A stretch of DNA of 64,000 nt from NCBI GenBank assembly GCA_001643675.2, contig LSRY02000013.1, forward strand, positions 930,001 to 994,000, in the 5' to 3' direction. The stretch comes from Monocercomonoides exilis PA203. Lineage: Eukaryota; Protista; Preaxostyla. Both the position numbers and the translations under genes were made by a program. A model generated the notes under the pieces. The model saw nothing but the letters and a program-made list of their open reading frames with translations. It made no database searches and had not been told where the DNA came from. How positions within the stretch are numbered: position 1 is the first letter of the stretch; each line of letters opens with the position of its first letter. Below, piece after piece: positions 1 to 12,454 of this stretch.

Positions 1-1770
1 CTGAAGCTGGAAGAAGAACAAAGAGAGCAGGCAGAGAATGAGGCACAGGAACTGTCCAATCAGCTGAGACAGACGCGCACAGCGCTAGTGGCTGCAGAAG
101 CAGACATTGCAACATTACAAGCGATGACTTCACCACAAACAATGAAAGCGAATTCAGATGAAGAAGATAAAAGTGTGTTGGCAGCATCAATGACAGCATC
201 GCCTTTAAGACCAAAGTATGGGCAGGGTGCTTCAGTTCTGTCATCAACTGTGCCATCATCACCAGTCTCAGCAGCATCTTCGTCTCTTGGCTCAACCTCC
301 TCTTCCGTTCAGTCTTCTCTTCCGTTCTCCTCCTCTTCATTCCACTCCCACACATTCCCTTATCTTTCCTCCTCTCTCCGCCGCTTGAACGAGGCGTGCA
401 CTTGCTTGTCTGCAAGAGACACGCTGTGGCTGAAGCTGTCGGATCTGCGGCTGGACCAGCTGTACATTGCACTGAAGAAGGACGATGCGAAAGACCAGGA
501 AACACAGAGAAGTCTGATGATGCAGGCAGAAGAGACAGAGAAAGGCATAAGAGAGTGTGTGGGGAGGATAAGGGCGTGGGGGGAGAGGCTGAAGCAGATT
601 GAGAGAGGGCAGGCTGTGGAAGAGAAGGAAGACGAGAAAAGAGGAAGAGCATTTGCGAAGGATTTGAAGGGAAACAAAGCAAAAGGTGCTGCAAAAGGCA
701 AACTTGAGGGAAGAAGAGGAAAAGAAGCAGAGAAGGAGAAGAAAGAGGAGGAACAAGGAGATGTGATGACGTTGGATCCAGCAGCTGTTCCGATGGAAGT
801 TGTGCTTCAACATCTGTACAACACTCGCATAGAAACAACTCAACAGAGGAAGAAGAAGGGGAAAGAGGAAGAAAATGTCGAAAGCGATGAGACGAAACAA
901 AACGATTTATCAATCACAAGGGAAAAAGCAATCAAAGAAGACAATAACGAAGAAGACGAAGAAGAAGACATTCCTGTTTATCTTCCCCCAAGTGGCGGAA
1001 GCGACAAGAAGGCGTTTGGCTTTGCATTGCGCCTGGCAAGCGATGCGACAGTTGAACTTAGACGCATGTTGGAGTCAGTCATCAGTGGAATGGACGAACT
1101 GAATGGCAAAGTGGCAGAGGCAGAGAATTCAGCAGCAGATGCGAAGAGGAAAGCGGAGGACATGCAGAGGGAAAAGGAGGCGAAAGAGGAGCTGCTGAAA
1201 GAAGTGGCGCAGAAGATGAAAGACGAAGTGGATGCGAGAGAAAAAGCAGTGGAGCAGGCGTATCAGGAAGTGAATGCGCTGAAGAAGGAGGTGGAGAAGA
1301 GGGATGTGGAAGATGCATTGACGATGAGGGTGCGAAGGAGAAGCAAAGACAAAGCAGGCGAGGGAAAAGAAGTGAGGAGGCAGTTGCTGAAGGAAGAAGG
1401 CATCATTGGAGATGAAACAGAAGAAGGCACAGAAGAGGATAGCAGCGAAGAGGAAAAAGATGAAGATGAAATTGAGAAGATGGAGACAGTTGCTGTGATG
1501 CTGATGCCACTCAAACAAGAAACAGTGCAAATTGATTCATTCAAACAAAGCGAGGAAATAAAAGAAGAAGAGACAGAAAATCAGGTGATTGTGGAAGATT
1601 CGTCGAATAACTTGACTGAAAAGGAAAACGCTGAGGAAGAGCTTCCAACAACCAAAGAAGAAACTGAAGAAATTGTTCAACAAACAAATATTGTTGGTGA
1701 AGAAGAGGAAGATGATGCAAATAACCAGCCAGAGGAAATGAAAGAAGAGGAACAAACAGAAAATTTATAA
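1..1770 (+). CDS. 3' part of a large coiled-coil, Glu/Lys-rich protein (5'-truncated by the window)
   Basis: Frame is open from base 1 to TAA at 1768-1770; charged coiled-coil-like segments, a Ser-rich tract and an acidic tail; no recognisable domain. Confidence 0.8.
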   Translation: MKLEEEQREQAENEAQELSNQLRQTRTALVAAEADIATLQAMTSPQTMKANSDEEDKSVLAASMTASPLRPKYGQGASVLSSTVPSSPVSAASSSLGSTSSSVQSSLPFSSSSFHSHTFPYLSSSLRRLNEACTCLSARDTLWLKLSDLRLDQLYIALKKDDAKDQETQRSLMMQAEETEKGIRECVGRIRAWGERLKQIERGQAVEEKEDEKRGRAFAKDLKGNKAKGAAKGKLEGRRGKEAEKEKKEEEQGDVMTLDPAAVPMEVVLQHLYNTRIETTQQRKKKGKEEENVESDETKQNDLSITREKAIKEDNNEEDEEEDIPVYLPPSGGSDKKAFGFALRLASDATVELRRMLESVISGMDELNGKVAEAENSAADAKRKAEDMQREKEAKEELLKEVAQKMKDEVDAREKAVEQAYQEVNALKKEVEKRDVEDALTMRVRRRSKDKAGEGKEVRRQLLKEEGIIGDETEEGTEEDSSEEEKDEDEIEKMETVAVMLMPLKQETVQIDSFKQSEEIKEEETENQVIVEDSSNNLTEKENAEEELPTTKEETEEIVQQTNIVGEEEEDDANNQPEEMKEEEQTENL

Positions 1771-2046
1771 AAGGCTAAATCTTTAACAAGAACAATAAAT
1801 GCTCATTGACAAACTCAGCAATAAAAAAAAGTATTTTTTATGTTATTCAGAGTAGTTTTGAAAAATGTGGAAAATTTAGTTTTGTTTTTTTTGATCTTTC
1901 ACTTTATCTCACTCTATCTCGTTTCACGAAATTTTATATCTCTTTTCATGACACCATTTTTTTTTATTTCTATAATCGTTTTTATTATTTCAAAACACAT
2001 TCAAAACATAAGATAGCTTTTTTTTCTAAAAATTTAAACCCTTAAA

Positions 2047-3173
2047 ATGGAAATAGACTCCAAAGAAAGTGTTCATGCGGCTTTAAGGCCAATATATTGC
2101 GAAATAGGATGGAACGAACATGCTCAAGGTTCATCTGTCTTTACAATTGGAGAGACAAAAATCTTGTGTTCTGTGTATGAAATATGAAAATTAAAAATTG
2201 AATTTTTCACTGATTTCTCCTTGTGAAATGACATAAATTTAGTTTTGGTCCAAAAGAAAAATCAAGAACAACAAAGGCACAAGATTCTGAATTAGCATGC
2301 ACTGTGTCTCGTCTCCATTACTCTGACGTCATTCAACAAGTTTAATCCAAAATTTTGGGCACTTTCAAGGAAATTCATTTTTGTTTTTTTTGTTTTTCAT
2401 AGGAAGATATAGAATTGTCATTTCCTGATCCAGAAAAAAGCGAAGCAATGCATACTATGTCGACTAAGGAAAGGATAAAGCAAAGTACACGTTCACAGAC
2501 ATATAGAAGGAATCAATTTTCCACAGTGTTACAAAACGATTCAAAAATAAATACAATAGACACAAAAATTTCTGACCAAGTTATTACTGCAGTAAGAAGT
2601 GCAATTAGAGGGGAGATATATCAAAAATCAAGTATTGAGATTGCAATTGTTGTCTTATCTGATGACGGAGGTGTTTATGCTGCATGTGTGAATGCTGCAT
2701 GCCTTGCACTAACAGATGCAGGAGTCGAATTGCATTCACTTATTTGTGCCTGCAATGTTGCAATCTGCTCTGATTCTTTATCGGAAGCTTCAAAAGGAAT
2801 TGAATATTATGTTGATCCTTCACTGGAAGTAATGAAAGATGCATCTGGATCAGTGTCAATTAGTTCCTTGTGGGATGTTAACGAGTTTCTCGAAAAAGAA
2901 AAAAAAGAAAAGGAAGAACCTTCAAAAGAAGTTATTGTTGACATCAGAAAACCCACCATCACATCACTTCACACAGATGGAGTTCTCAAATCAGATGAAA
3001 TCGATCAAGTTTGATTGAAACATTGCGTTTTTTGTAACAAAAATTTCTATCTTATATGTAATATTTATTTTTGAATATTTATTTGACAGGCGATAGTTCT
3101 GTGTTTGAGTGGATGCCAAAGCATAGGGAAAGTGATGAGAGATGTCATACTCACTTCGCATATCACTGAATAA
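2047..3173 (+). CDS. RNA exosome core subunit, RNase PH-like (Mtr3/Rrp41/Rrp46 group), 4 exons
   Basis: Exons ~2047-2174, 2243-2339, 2403-3008, 3090-3173 with GT..AG introns. Spliced product has LRPIYCEIG..AQGSS..GETKILCSVFGPKE and KSSIEIAIVVLSDDGGVYAACVNAACLALTDAGV, typical RNase PH motifs. Confidence 0.88.
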
Positions 3174-3362
3174 ACAATTTCAATTTCAATTCATTTTTTA
3201 TTTCATAAAGCTTTATTTTTTTTTTTTTTTTTTTTTGAAAAAATAAGTATTTTTGATTGATTCATAAAAGTTTTCATAAAAACCTTCAGAAAAATGAAAA
3301 AGAAAAGAAATAAAATATATGAAATGATTTAAGTATTCAAAAAAACAAACAAATTTTAATAA

Positions 3363-4959
3363 TCAATTATCTTCCTCATCATCATTTTCCTCTTCTTCTT
3401 CTCTTCCTTCATCTTCCTCCTCTCCTTCACCTTCACCTTCTTGTTCCTCCTCTTCTTCTAATTGTCTCAGCCTCTCTTCTTCTCTTCGTGTGCGTTCAAG
3501 TATCCTCTCTTGTTTCTCTCTTTCCTTTTGTTCCAATTCTTCCGCAATTCTCTTCTCTCTTTCTTCTCGTTTCATCACCAGCCTTTCTCTTTCCTCCTCT
3601 TTCTCCATCATCGACTGCTCAACCACTTTCTTCTGCTGCTCTTCAGCTGTCTGCTCTTCTTCACTTCCAATGCTCCTTCCTTCTGCAATTGCATAGCAAA
3701 GTGCCGTGTGCCTCTCTGCTCCTCGCCTAAGCGATGCCTCAAGAATTGACGAGACAAGCTGGCGAGCTGTCTGTCTTTGCTGCAGCTTCCGCTCAGTCTC
3801 ACCCAACAACCACGGGATAAATGTGCTTGTAAGCTGCTGCATACGAGCATCTGCAAAGAAGCCGGCTGATTGCAGCGAGCCATTCACGGCAGAAGGAAGC
3901 GATTTCAGCAAGTCGTGTGCAAAAGCCACAGCCATAACTTTGGATCCCACAACGCGCTCTTTCTCTTTCCTCTCTCGTTCTTGCGCCAAACGTCTTTCCT
4001 TCTCTTCCCATCTGCGGGCTTCTCTCTCCTCCTCCTCTCTGACAATACGTTCTTCTTCTTCTCTGCGCTCTCTCATTTCTTCGCGTGCCATTCTCATTCC
4101 TCTAATTTCCTCTTCTTCCATAACTTCAAGAAGTGATTGCTCCAAAGTCTTCCCAATCAAAACTTCCAAAAGCGGCTCACTAAAACAGAATTGTTTTATA
4201 TTTCAAAGGAGAATTGTAATGATAAATATTGATTTAAGTTTAATGATAATTCTCATCTTGCAAACCATTCAAAATCAAAATCAAAGAAATCATCATCAAT
4301 CTGAGTTCCTGCATCAACCCCGGTTTTAATGGGATTAAAGACAGGAACAGTTGGCTGATCAAGAAAATAATCTGTTTGAGTTTGTACATCAAACTCGGGC
4401 ACTTTATCTGAAAGTTCTTCAAGATATTGTTCAGTTTGAACATCTAAAAATATTTGAATATAAATCATTATTTTTTCATGCTCTTAAGAAGGAGCGTCAA
4501 ACCTATATGAACACGTCCAGGAATCACAGCAGCTTCAGAATCAATTTGTTGAAAAATATCTTCCTCTCTTTTTTGAATACGACGGGTTCGTTTCATTGTT
4601 GCTTTTTTCAAACGCTGAGCTTCTTCTTCTGCATTCTAAAAGTCAAACGAGAAGTTTGACAATAAACGAAGGATCAACAAGCATAAAATTAATAAATTTT
4701 GAAATCGAAATGCATTTCATGAAGAGTTAACGAACAATTGGACCAATGTGTGGTGCATATGTATTTCCTCTTTTTATGCGTCTATCGAACATCATATTAC
4801 CATACCCCCGTTGTCCTTCGCTACAGAAAAATAAAACAAATATATAAATGATTCTGTTTTAGTAAGCGTGTTTACAAACTTTTGTCCAGGAGTACGATAT
4901 TTAACTTGAGTTTGCACAGCTTGTGGTGCACTTGAATAAGAATATTGAGCGTTTTGCAT
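3363..4959 (-). CDS. RSP3: Radial spoke protein 3 (flagellar), 5 exons
   Basis: Exons ~4959-4880, 4820-4736, 4635-4503, 4443-4266, 4179-3363. RSP3 motifs NMMFDRRIKRGNTYA, DVQTEQYLEELSD, QTQTDYFLD, KTGVDAGTQI and DFDFECEPLLEVLIGKTLEQSLLEVMEEEE. Confidence 0.92.
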
Positions 4960-5177
4960 AGCTTCTCAGGCAAGCAGTTGAAAACCGATAATGCCCACTA
5001 TTTTTTTTGTCAGAAAAATTGGATGGAATGATTGAAACAAATAATCTATGCATCGTTGTTTGCAATGAAAAACAAAACAAAAATTGAAAGAGAATAAAAA
5101 ATTCTTCAAGTCTTTCATTCGAATGAATAAAATATTATAGGTTTAGTGAATGATATACTTTTGTTTGCTCAAGTTTG

Positions 5178-7427
5178 ATGCAAGATTTACAAGACGATGA
5201 CGAAGCATTGAACAGAGCTTTAATGCTTTCATTTCAAGTGGATAGGCAACTTGATAGAGATGATGAGACCATTCAAATTGGACTGGTGAATATTTTAGAT
5301 ATTTTTCCAGATATTGATGACGAGTTTGCAATAAATTTGCTTGTTGAAAATTCCACAAAACCAAATATGCTTGAAATAGTCATTGAAATGATTACAAATT
5401 TGGGAGATGATTATCCAAAAAAAGAAATTGAAGCATCAAGTGATGTTGATTTTTCTGCACCATCCGAGCAAATTCCAACTCCTCCTGCTGAACCGGTTGA
5501 CTTTCAAGAATTTAAGACGTTAGTTAAAGATCAAGATGCTCGAAGTGCAAAATCGTATCTATTTCACGCCTTTCCATTTTATGATAATACTATTCATTCA
5601 ACTGTGTTGGAATTTTACAAATATCATATCACTCCTTCATGGTGCTTTTTATGGAATTTGCATTGCAAATTGGAAGAAGCTATTTTGGATTTGGAAGGTT
5701 GTAATTTGATTACGAAAAGTGTCAATTGCTCTTCGCCTCTCAAATCTGAAAAGCAAAGTCCAAGTCCTCTTTCCGTAACGTCATCTCCAAATAGATCCTC
5801 TCCTCCACCTCTTTTACCTCCACTTCCTCAATCCCCAAATCTTCGAGGGTGCCAGCTGAGTCAATCAAAAAAAATTAAAAGATTCTTATCAATATCACCT
5901 CCACTGGAATCCTCCCCTCTTAAAAGCTATTCCACTTCTCCATCGTTTCATGATATCACAGCTACTGCATCTACAGCTCAATGTTATACTGCACCTCCGT
6001 CTTCCTGCTCTCCTTCATCTTCTTCGCCAGTTTCATATTCACCTTCACCTTCACCAACACTTCCATCATCATCCGCAATCACACCACCTTCTTCCAGTCT
6101 GTCATCTTCATTCATATTCCTTCCTCCGCCTGTGGCCAAAGAGCCTCCCATCACAGAAAGCAGACTTCTAGCAGCGCAAATAAAGCCGTCTCTGCCTATT
6201 TCTCCGCTGGATGATTCAACATTCAGTGAAGAGTTTCTCCGAGAGCTGAAGGCGTTACGGATCATTCAGGAGAAGAAAGTGAAGGAGCGTGCGGAGAAGA
6301 TGCAGCTGCGGAGTGAGGTGTGGCTGGTGCGCGAGCGAATGCGCAGGATTGAGGAAAGGAAGAAAAAGAAAGAGAGAGGCGAGACGGTTGAGGAAGATGA
6401 CTCAGACCTGGTTGAAATATTGCTCAACAAGTTCGACGAAGTGTATCCAGACAAAAGTTTGTTTTGTTCATCGTCATCTACCTCTTCCTCCTCCTCCTCT
6501 TCCTCTTCCTCTTCCTCTTCCTCTTCCTCTCTCTTCTTCTCTCCGCCTGTGATTGAGTCTCCTGAGGACCTCGCCTTCTGGGAGTGTTCCATCTGCTTTG
6601 AAGAGGAGCGTGTCTTCTCAGAGAAAGTGCTCTGCGACGAAGGCCACGCTGTCTGCCGGAGCTGCGTCAAGTCGATCGTGGAGCAAGCCATTTCGCTAGG
6701 CGAGCCCGTCATTAAGTGCCCGTGCTGTCCGAACGGCAGCAGTCACCAGGTGTACTCCGAGGCAGCGGTGAAGCAGGCGCTGCAGTTCGACACGACAGAC
6801 CTGTATGAGAAGTGGTCGCAGCTGATGGCGTCGCACAACGTGCGGATGTCCGGCCTCCCGTGCTACAACTGCCCGTTCTGCATCTACGCAGAGGCGTTCG
6901 ATAGGCAGGACGAGATTCCGCCTGTTTTCCACTGCCAAAACCCGAGCTGCGGCAAAGTCATCTGCACGCTCTGCAACAAAGAGGCGCATGAAGGTGGGCC
7001 GGAGGACTGCCCAGTCTTTCAGGAGAAAGAGAGAGAAGACTCGCTGGCGCACTATATTGAGCAGGCGATCGATGAGACGTGGATCCGCTACTGCCCGCGG
7101 TGCAGGAAGGCGATTGTGAAGGACGGCGGGTGCAACCACATCCGGTGCCAGTGCGAGTTCAACTTCTGCTCGATCTGCCGGCAGCCCATCGACCAGGACA
7201 ACCCTTCGACGCATTTCGGGCAGGCACCGACGTTCTGCAAGCAGTACACTGACCAGGAAGAGGACGATGAGAGGGAGCTGATGGCGGCTGCGAGGAAAGC
7301 GGAGGCAGAGTGGAAGGCGAGGCACCCGGAGTATCAGGGCGAGTCGGAGAGGGTGAAGCAGCTGGCGAGGCAGATTCTGAGGAAGAAGAGAGGGGAAGAT
7401 GTGGATGTTGGGAATGCTTCTGGTTAG
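5178..7427 (+). CDS. RBR (RING1-IBR-RING2) E3 ubiquitin ligase, RNF216/TRIAD-like
   Basis: ATG at 5178. N-terminal UIM-like DDDEALNRALMLS; RING1 CSIC..CDEGHAVCRSC..CPCC; IBR CPFC..CQNPSCGKVICTLC..H..C; RING2 CPRC..IVKDGGCNHIRCQC..FCSIC with the catalytic Cys. Confidence 0.92.
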   Translation: MQDLQDDDEALNRALMLSFQVDRQLDRDDETIQIGLVNILDIFPDIDDEFAINLLVENSTKPNMLEIVIEMITNLGDDYPKKEIEASSDVDFSAPSEQIPTPPAEPVDFQEFKTLVKDQDARSAKSYLFHAFPFYDNTIHSTVLEFYKYHITPSWCFLWNLHCKLEEAILDLEGCNLITKSVNCSSPLKSEKQSPSPLSVTSSPNRSSPPPLLPPLPQSPNLRGCQLSQSKKIKRFLSISPPLESSPLKSYSTSPSFHDITATASTAQCYTAPPSSCSPSSSSPVSYSPSPSPTLPSSSAITPPSSSLSSSFIFLPPPVAKEPPITESRLLAAQIKPSLPISPLDDSTFSEEFLRELKALRIIQEKKVKERAEKMQLRSEVWLVRERMRRIEERKKKKERGETVEEDDSDLVEILLNKFDEVYPDKSLFCSSSSTSSSSSSSSSSSSSSSSLFFSPPVIESPEDLAFWECSICFEEERVFSEKVLCDEGHAVCRSCVKSIVEQAISLGEPVIKCPCCPNGSSHQVYSEAAVKQALQFDTTDLYEKWSQLMASHNVRMSGLPCYNCPFCIYAEAFDRQDEIPPVFHCQNPSCGKVICTLCNKEAHEGGPEDCPVFQEKEREDSLAHYIEQAIDETWIRYCPRCRKAIVKDGGCNHIRCQCEFNFCSICRQPIDQDNPSTHFGQAPTFCKQYTDQEEDDERELMAAARKAEAEWKARHPEYQGESERVKQLARQILRKKRGEDVDVGNASG

Positions 7428-8396
7428 AAGTTGATTTCTTTTCTTTTTTTTTATAAAATGGAATATCAATTTAATTTTTTGTTTTGTTTTTTGAATGTAA
7501 TTTTTATTTTATTTGTTATTTTTCCTTTTTTTTTTCATGAACACAGAAAGACTTTGTTGTTATTGGAATGCATATACTTGCAAAGGTTATTGGGAAGATT
7601 TGTCAACGTTATTGTTATGTTTAGTTTTGTTTATTTAATTGTTATCTTTTTTTGAGTTTTCTATTGCTTCTAATTATTTTCAAGCATTTATTTTTGACTT
7701 CACATTTTGGCAAATAAAAATTTGGCATTTTTTGAGCAATGCCCCAGAATAAATAAACTTTTTTGTTTCTTTTTTGAATCGAAAGATTATATTTATTAAA
7801 AAAGACAGCTACATCGAAATGCTTTTACTAAATGTTGCAGAATGAGTTTGAGATTTAAGTTCAGATTTTTTGATAGTCTTTTGTGTGTTGAGTTGTGAAG
7901 TCTTATTCATTTTCAAATATTTTTTTTTCCTGAAATGTGTCAAACGAATTATTGTATCTATGATAACGTATATTGATAGGGTCATATTTTTATTGGGGTT
8001 CAATAAAGATATGACGTATTTTTTCAAAGTCAAAAATTAGAGAATGAATAAAAAAGCAATGAATCCTTTTAGAAAAAATCATCGTTATAAATTCCTAAAT
8101 TCTCGTTTTGAACAATTTATAGAACAAGAGCTTGTAAGCAGGTCATAAAGGCTTGACTCAAGATTTTTGGAAATTTTTTTGGAAGTTAGAAAAAGAAGAA
8201 TATTGAATGAAATCACTTTTCCATATCACTTAATCTTCACATTTGACTTCAACGATGTTTTTTTATTCTCTTTAATGAGATTAACATCGCAATTAATCAA
8301 TCATAGCTGCCTATCCATTCATTCAATATTCGAAAGCTTTAATTTATTAAACAGTCAATTCTTGAAATATGATGAATATCTCTTTCATTTCATTGT

Positions 8397-11300
8397 TCAC
8401 ACATCACATTCCATATGCTGCATTGCACTCAAAACATCTCCACACAAATCTGATGCCACACGCTCCTGAGCAAAATAATCGCTTTCATCTTGATCGTCTT
8501 CAAAAACAACACTTGTACTGACTTCTTTGTCTTCTTCCATTCCCACACTTTCGCTCAACTCATCTTTGTTTCTCTCTCCAATGCCATCTTCCTCTTCGTC
8601 TTTGTTTTCATCTATTTCCTCCTCATAAGCAAGCAGACGGCGTTCTGCCTGTTTTTCCCTCATCCTCATATACGGAATCACATACTTCTTCATCACAATC
8701 TCCATAACAATTCTACATTTCCCTCCATTCTCCGCCCATCCAGCTTCTCTCCAGTAAAGCGACAGGAATTCATCACAGCGTGTGGCCTCCAGCTTCTTGA
8801 GAACTGGATTTTCTGCATCGCACAAGGGAAAGCTGTCAATAAGCGTGTCTTCCAGTCGAAAGGGAGGATCCAGCGAAGAAGCAGAAAGCGGAGCATTTGA
8901 ACTGATCTCCGTCCATTCAAACTCACTTGACAGAGGAAAAGCAGTCAGCAGCTTCGAGTAGTCGTCAATCAGAGGAGCTGTTTGTGTTCTTCGTCCAACT
9001 CGAAGCTCGAACAACAGAATCAACATTGCCTCTTCAACTGATTCGATTCCTTCGCTCCAGTCAAGTTGCATTTCGCGTTCAGCACTGCCAAAACGCCTGT
9101 CAAATTGAACTCTCTCGCTCTTGCTGCCTTCCAATGAATTACTTGTATTATATTTTTCAACAAAAATTTCTTCTTCTTCTCCTCCTCCTTCTCCTCCTTC
9201 CATTTCATCATCCAAACCATCTTCCTTTCCAAAATTCCATTCATTCCTTCTCGTTTTTCTGCGTCTATGTTCCATCTTCCCCTCCATTTTAATACCAAAA
9301 TCATCATATTTTGTCATTGAATCATTTTCATCCTCAAAACATCCAAAAAGCGGAACTGTATGCTCAGCCAGTGAACGCTTCAGATGTTTGTGTCGCTTCT
9401 GCCTTTCCTTCCAGTCGCGAAGCAGAAAATAGCAGACAGCCGAAGCCACGTCGTGTTGAACAAACAGAATCCTCAGCTTCGCCTCGCAGTCTGCCAGCAG
9501 CAGAAGCAGATGGACACACTGCTGAAGAAGAGAAAACGGTACTTTCTCAGCAAATTGTGATTCCTCTGGTTGTGTTTCTTTCTCTTTTTCTTCCTCTTTC
9601 TCATCGTTGCCCTTCTCCTTTTCCTTCTCCTTCTCCTCATTCTCTTCAGAAGAGATTGAGCTATGCGAATGACTGTGGTGTCTGTGATTTCTGTGCTTGC
9701 TTCCTCTTCCGCTGCAACTTCTATTGCTGCTATGCTTTTTGTGGCTGGAGTGTCTCGATCCATCAATCAGCAGCTTGCACAGCAGCTGCAGCGAGAAAGG
9801 TTGAATAAGCAGCCGATCAGCAAATCTCTTTGAGTTTATGTCATTTAATTCATTTGCAGGTGATGATGCTATAGAAGTTGGAGATCTTTTGACTGACTCT
9901 GTTGCAATGTTGATGAGAGACCAAAGAGCTGCCTGCTTCAAAGTGGAGAACCCGTCGAATGAGAGTGTGCGAAATAAGATTGTTGGTGCATTCATTCGGC
10001 ACAGAAGCTGATGTTCAGAATAAATATCAGAGAGAAAATGTATAAAAGAATAATATCATGAAAAACAAAAAATTAAAATGAAAAATAAAATGAAAAATAA
10101 AATGAAAAATAAAATGAAAAATAAATAAAATAAAATAAAAATATTTATATTTTTTAAAAAATAACCAGAATAAAACATCAAATAAAATAAAAATAATATC
10201 TCACTCAAACCAAAGAACATACATCTGCATAAGCAGGTTCTTCCTTCAGGGCAATGATTCCAAGTGTCAGCAGCATCTGATAGTATGCCTCTTCACATGC
10301 GGTATGTTGCATCACAAACAGGAAAATTGGGAAAAAAGAAGGACGAGCAACAAAAGCCTAACAAATACAGGTGAAAAGAAAACATTTGGAAAAAAAAATG
10401 AATAAATTCATATTCACAAAAAATTGTTCATAATTATTATAAAATAAAAATAAAACAGAAATTTAATCAAAGTATTAAGAAAGTCAAATACTGCGCATAC
10501 ATTTAAAACCAAGTGCGATGAGTGGCACAACGCATTAATTGCATCCAAAACATACAACAAGATTTTGTACACTTTCCTTTCAATCGTCCCGACTCCTTCA
10601 ATCTTCGCTTCTTCATCGTCCAATTCAAACACCCACGAGTCATTCTTTTGTGCTTTTTTGAACAGATTGTTGCTGAATTCATTGGCATCTGACAAACTTT
10701 CATCTTCATCAATGCCAACTTCACCTTCATCAATGCCAACTTCATCATAATCATCACATTCATTTTTATCTTGTTTAATTTCCTTTTCAGATTTCAATTC
10801 GTTTTCAGCCATCAAGTCGTTGTCTGATATGCTTTGGATTGTAACGTCCGCTTTCTGAATGCATCTTTCTTTTCTCTTCGCCTCCAGCTTAGCCAATTCA
10901 GGAATGAAAAAAGGAAGAGACAAAAGAGCCGTCAAATGTGGCACAAGCATCGCGAATTTTGAGAAAAACAGCGAATATTCGTCGGAATGTGCTTCGAGCT
11001 GTGTGAATTCCTGTGAATCGGAAGAGACAAGCGAAGAAGAAGGCTTTTCGGTCAAAATTCTTGCCTTTGAAGAGCAGCTGCTGGTATGCACTGGATTGAA
11101 GTGGTGGTCGAGAAGGAGGTTGCGAACAAGCCACAGAATCATTTTCAGCAGACTTAAGTTATTTCTCATGCTGTTGATTGGCCTTTTAGCAAAAATTTCT
11201 TCTTTATTTTTTTCTTCTTTGATTGTGGATCCATCGATATAAAACGATTTTTCAGCTGCTGAACCCCATTCTGCAACGGAGCATTTGAAAAAAAGTGCGT

Positions 11301-12348
11301 TTATTCCTTCAAATTCGTTTGAGTTCTCCGCATTTGATGGACTAAGTTTGTTTGCTTCTCTTTCAGCATTTATCAAAAGGATTTCGTCCATCAGGCAAGC
11401 CATGCAATTTTTCAAGGCATATAAAACCGACTCCAAAATTCCCTCTTTACAGACAAGAATGTTCCGCTCCTCTGAATTTTCTTCTCCTCCAGCCACATTT
11501 GCAAACATCCAGAAAGCCTTGAAATACATATCATTAAACAACAAGATTTTTGAAATGAGAAAAAAAAATCTTGTCAATACCTGATTTTGCATAGACAAAA
11601 TCGGAGATTTCGTATATTGAATGATAATTGGAAAGCAGCCAGATAAGAACAACTGATGACTAAAATTGTCGTTATCTTGTCCAGCTTTGAGAGTTGAATG
11701 ATTATGATTACGTTGAAGAAAAAATGATAAAAAATATATGCAAACCTATGTTTGTGAAACACCAAAGCACGGTGAACTGTTTTGGATTTTGCAACGAATA
11801 AAAAATTACAAATTATAAAATGCATAAAATACTTGTAAATGAGACTGCTCCTTTGATGTTAAGATTTTGCATAATTTATGTGTCAATGAACTTTGCAATA
11901 AATTTGCAATGAAAGCTTCATTATCTAAAGAAAAATGTAATTAAAGAAAACTTTAAGTGATCATCAACAAAAAAATGCATAAGCAAACGATGTGATGTGA
12001 CATTTATTAAGTTTTTCAGTACAGCTCTTAAATTGCTGGTTTCAAAACTTTCCAATTGATCAATCCAATTGTTTGCTTGAATTGTCTGCATTATGAACAT
12101 AAATGGAATATTCATTATTTGTTGCGAAGAAAACAGAAATGAAAAATAAATCAAACTATCTCCAAAGAATTTTTACCTCGTTTGTGCACGTGTTTTATTC
12201 TTCGTTGATGATTCAGAAGAGATGAACGAAATCTTAATCTCAATGAATTAACATCAAATTCCTGCTTTTTTCGTTCCAAATTCGGGCTTCTTATTCTTGA
12301 AAAATATTCAAAACGTTTGTTTAAGCGGTCATGTGCGTATGCGCTCAT
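8397..12348 (-). CDS. Multi-exon armadillo-repeat protein, divergent importin-alpha-like
   Basis: ORF pieces 12151-12372, 10414-11652 and 8397-9995 plus small exons. Repeated WxxxN ARM helix-3 motifs (AFWMFANVAGG, ILWLVRNL, AALWSLINIAT) and a basic IBB-like N-terminus. Internal exon borders are uncertain. Confidence 0.6.
10078..10140 (+). repeat. Short AT-rich tandem repeat (ATGAAAAATAAA)x4 followed by (AAAAT)n, intronic
   Basis: Seen directly in an intron of the minus-strand ARM gene. Confidence 0.7.
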
Positions 12349-12414
12349 ACAAAACCTTTGAATATCTTTCAAATTCCAGTTTCAAAACACTGATTAAACT
12401 TTTATGGGCCAGAT

Positions 12415-12415
<1 letters not shown>

Positions 12416-12453
<38 letters not shown>
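12416..12453. repeat. Poly(dT) tract of ~38 nt in a divergent intergenic region
   Basis: Uninterrupted T run between the ARM gene start (12348, -) and the next gene start (12736, +). Confidence 0.9.
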
Positions 12454-12454
<1 letters not shown>

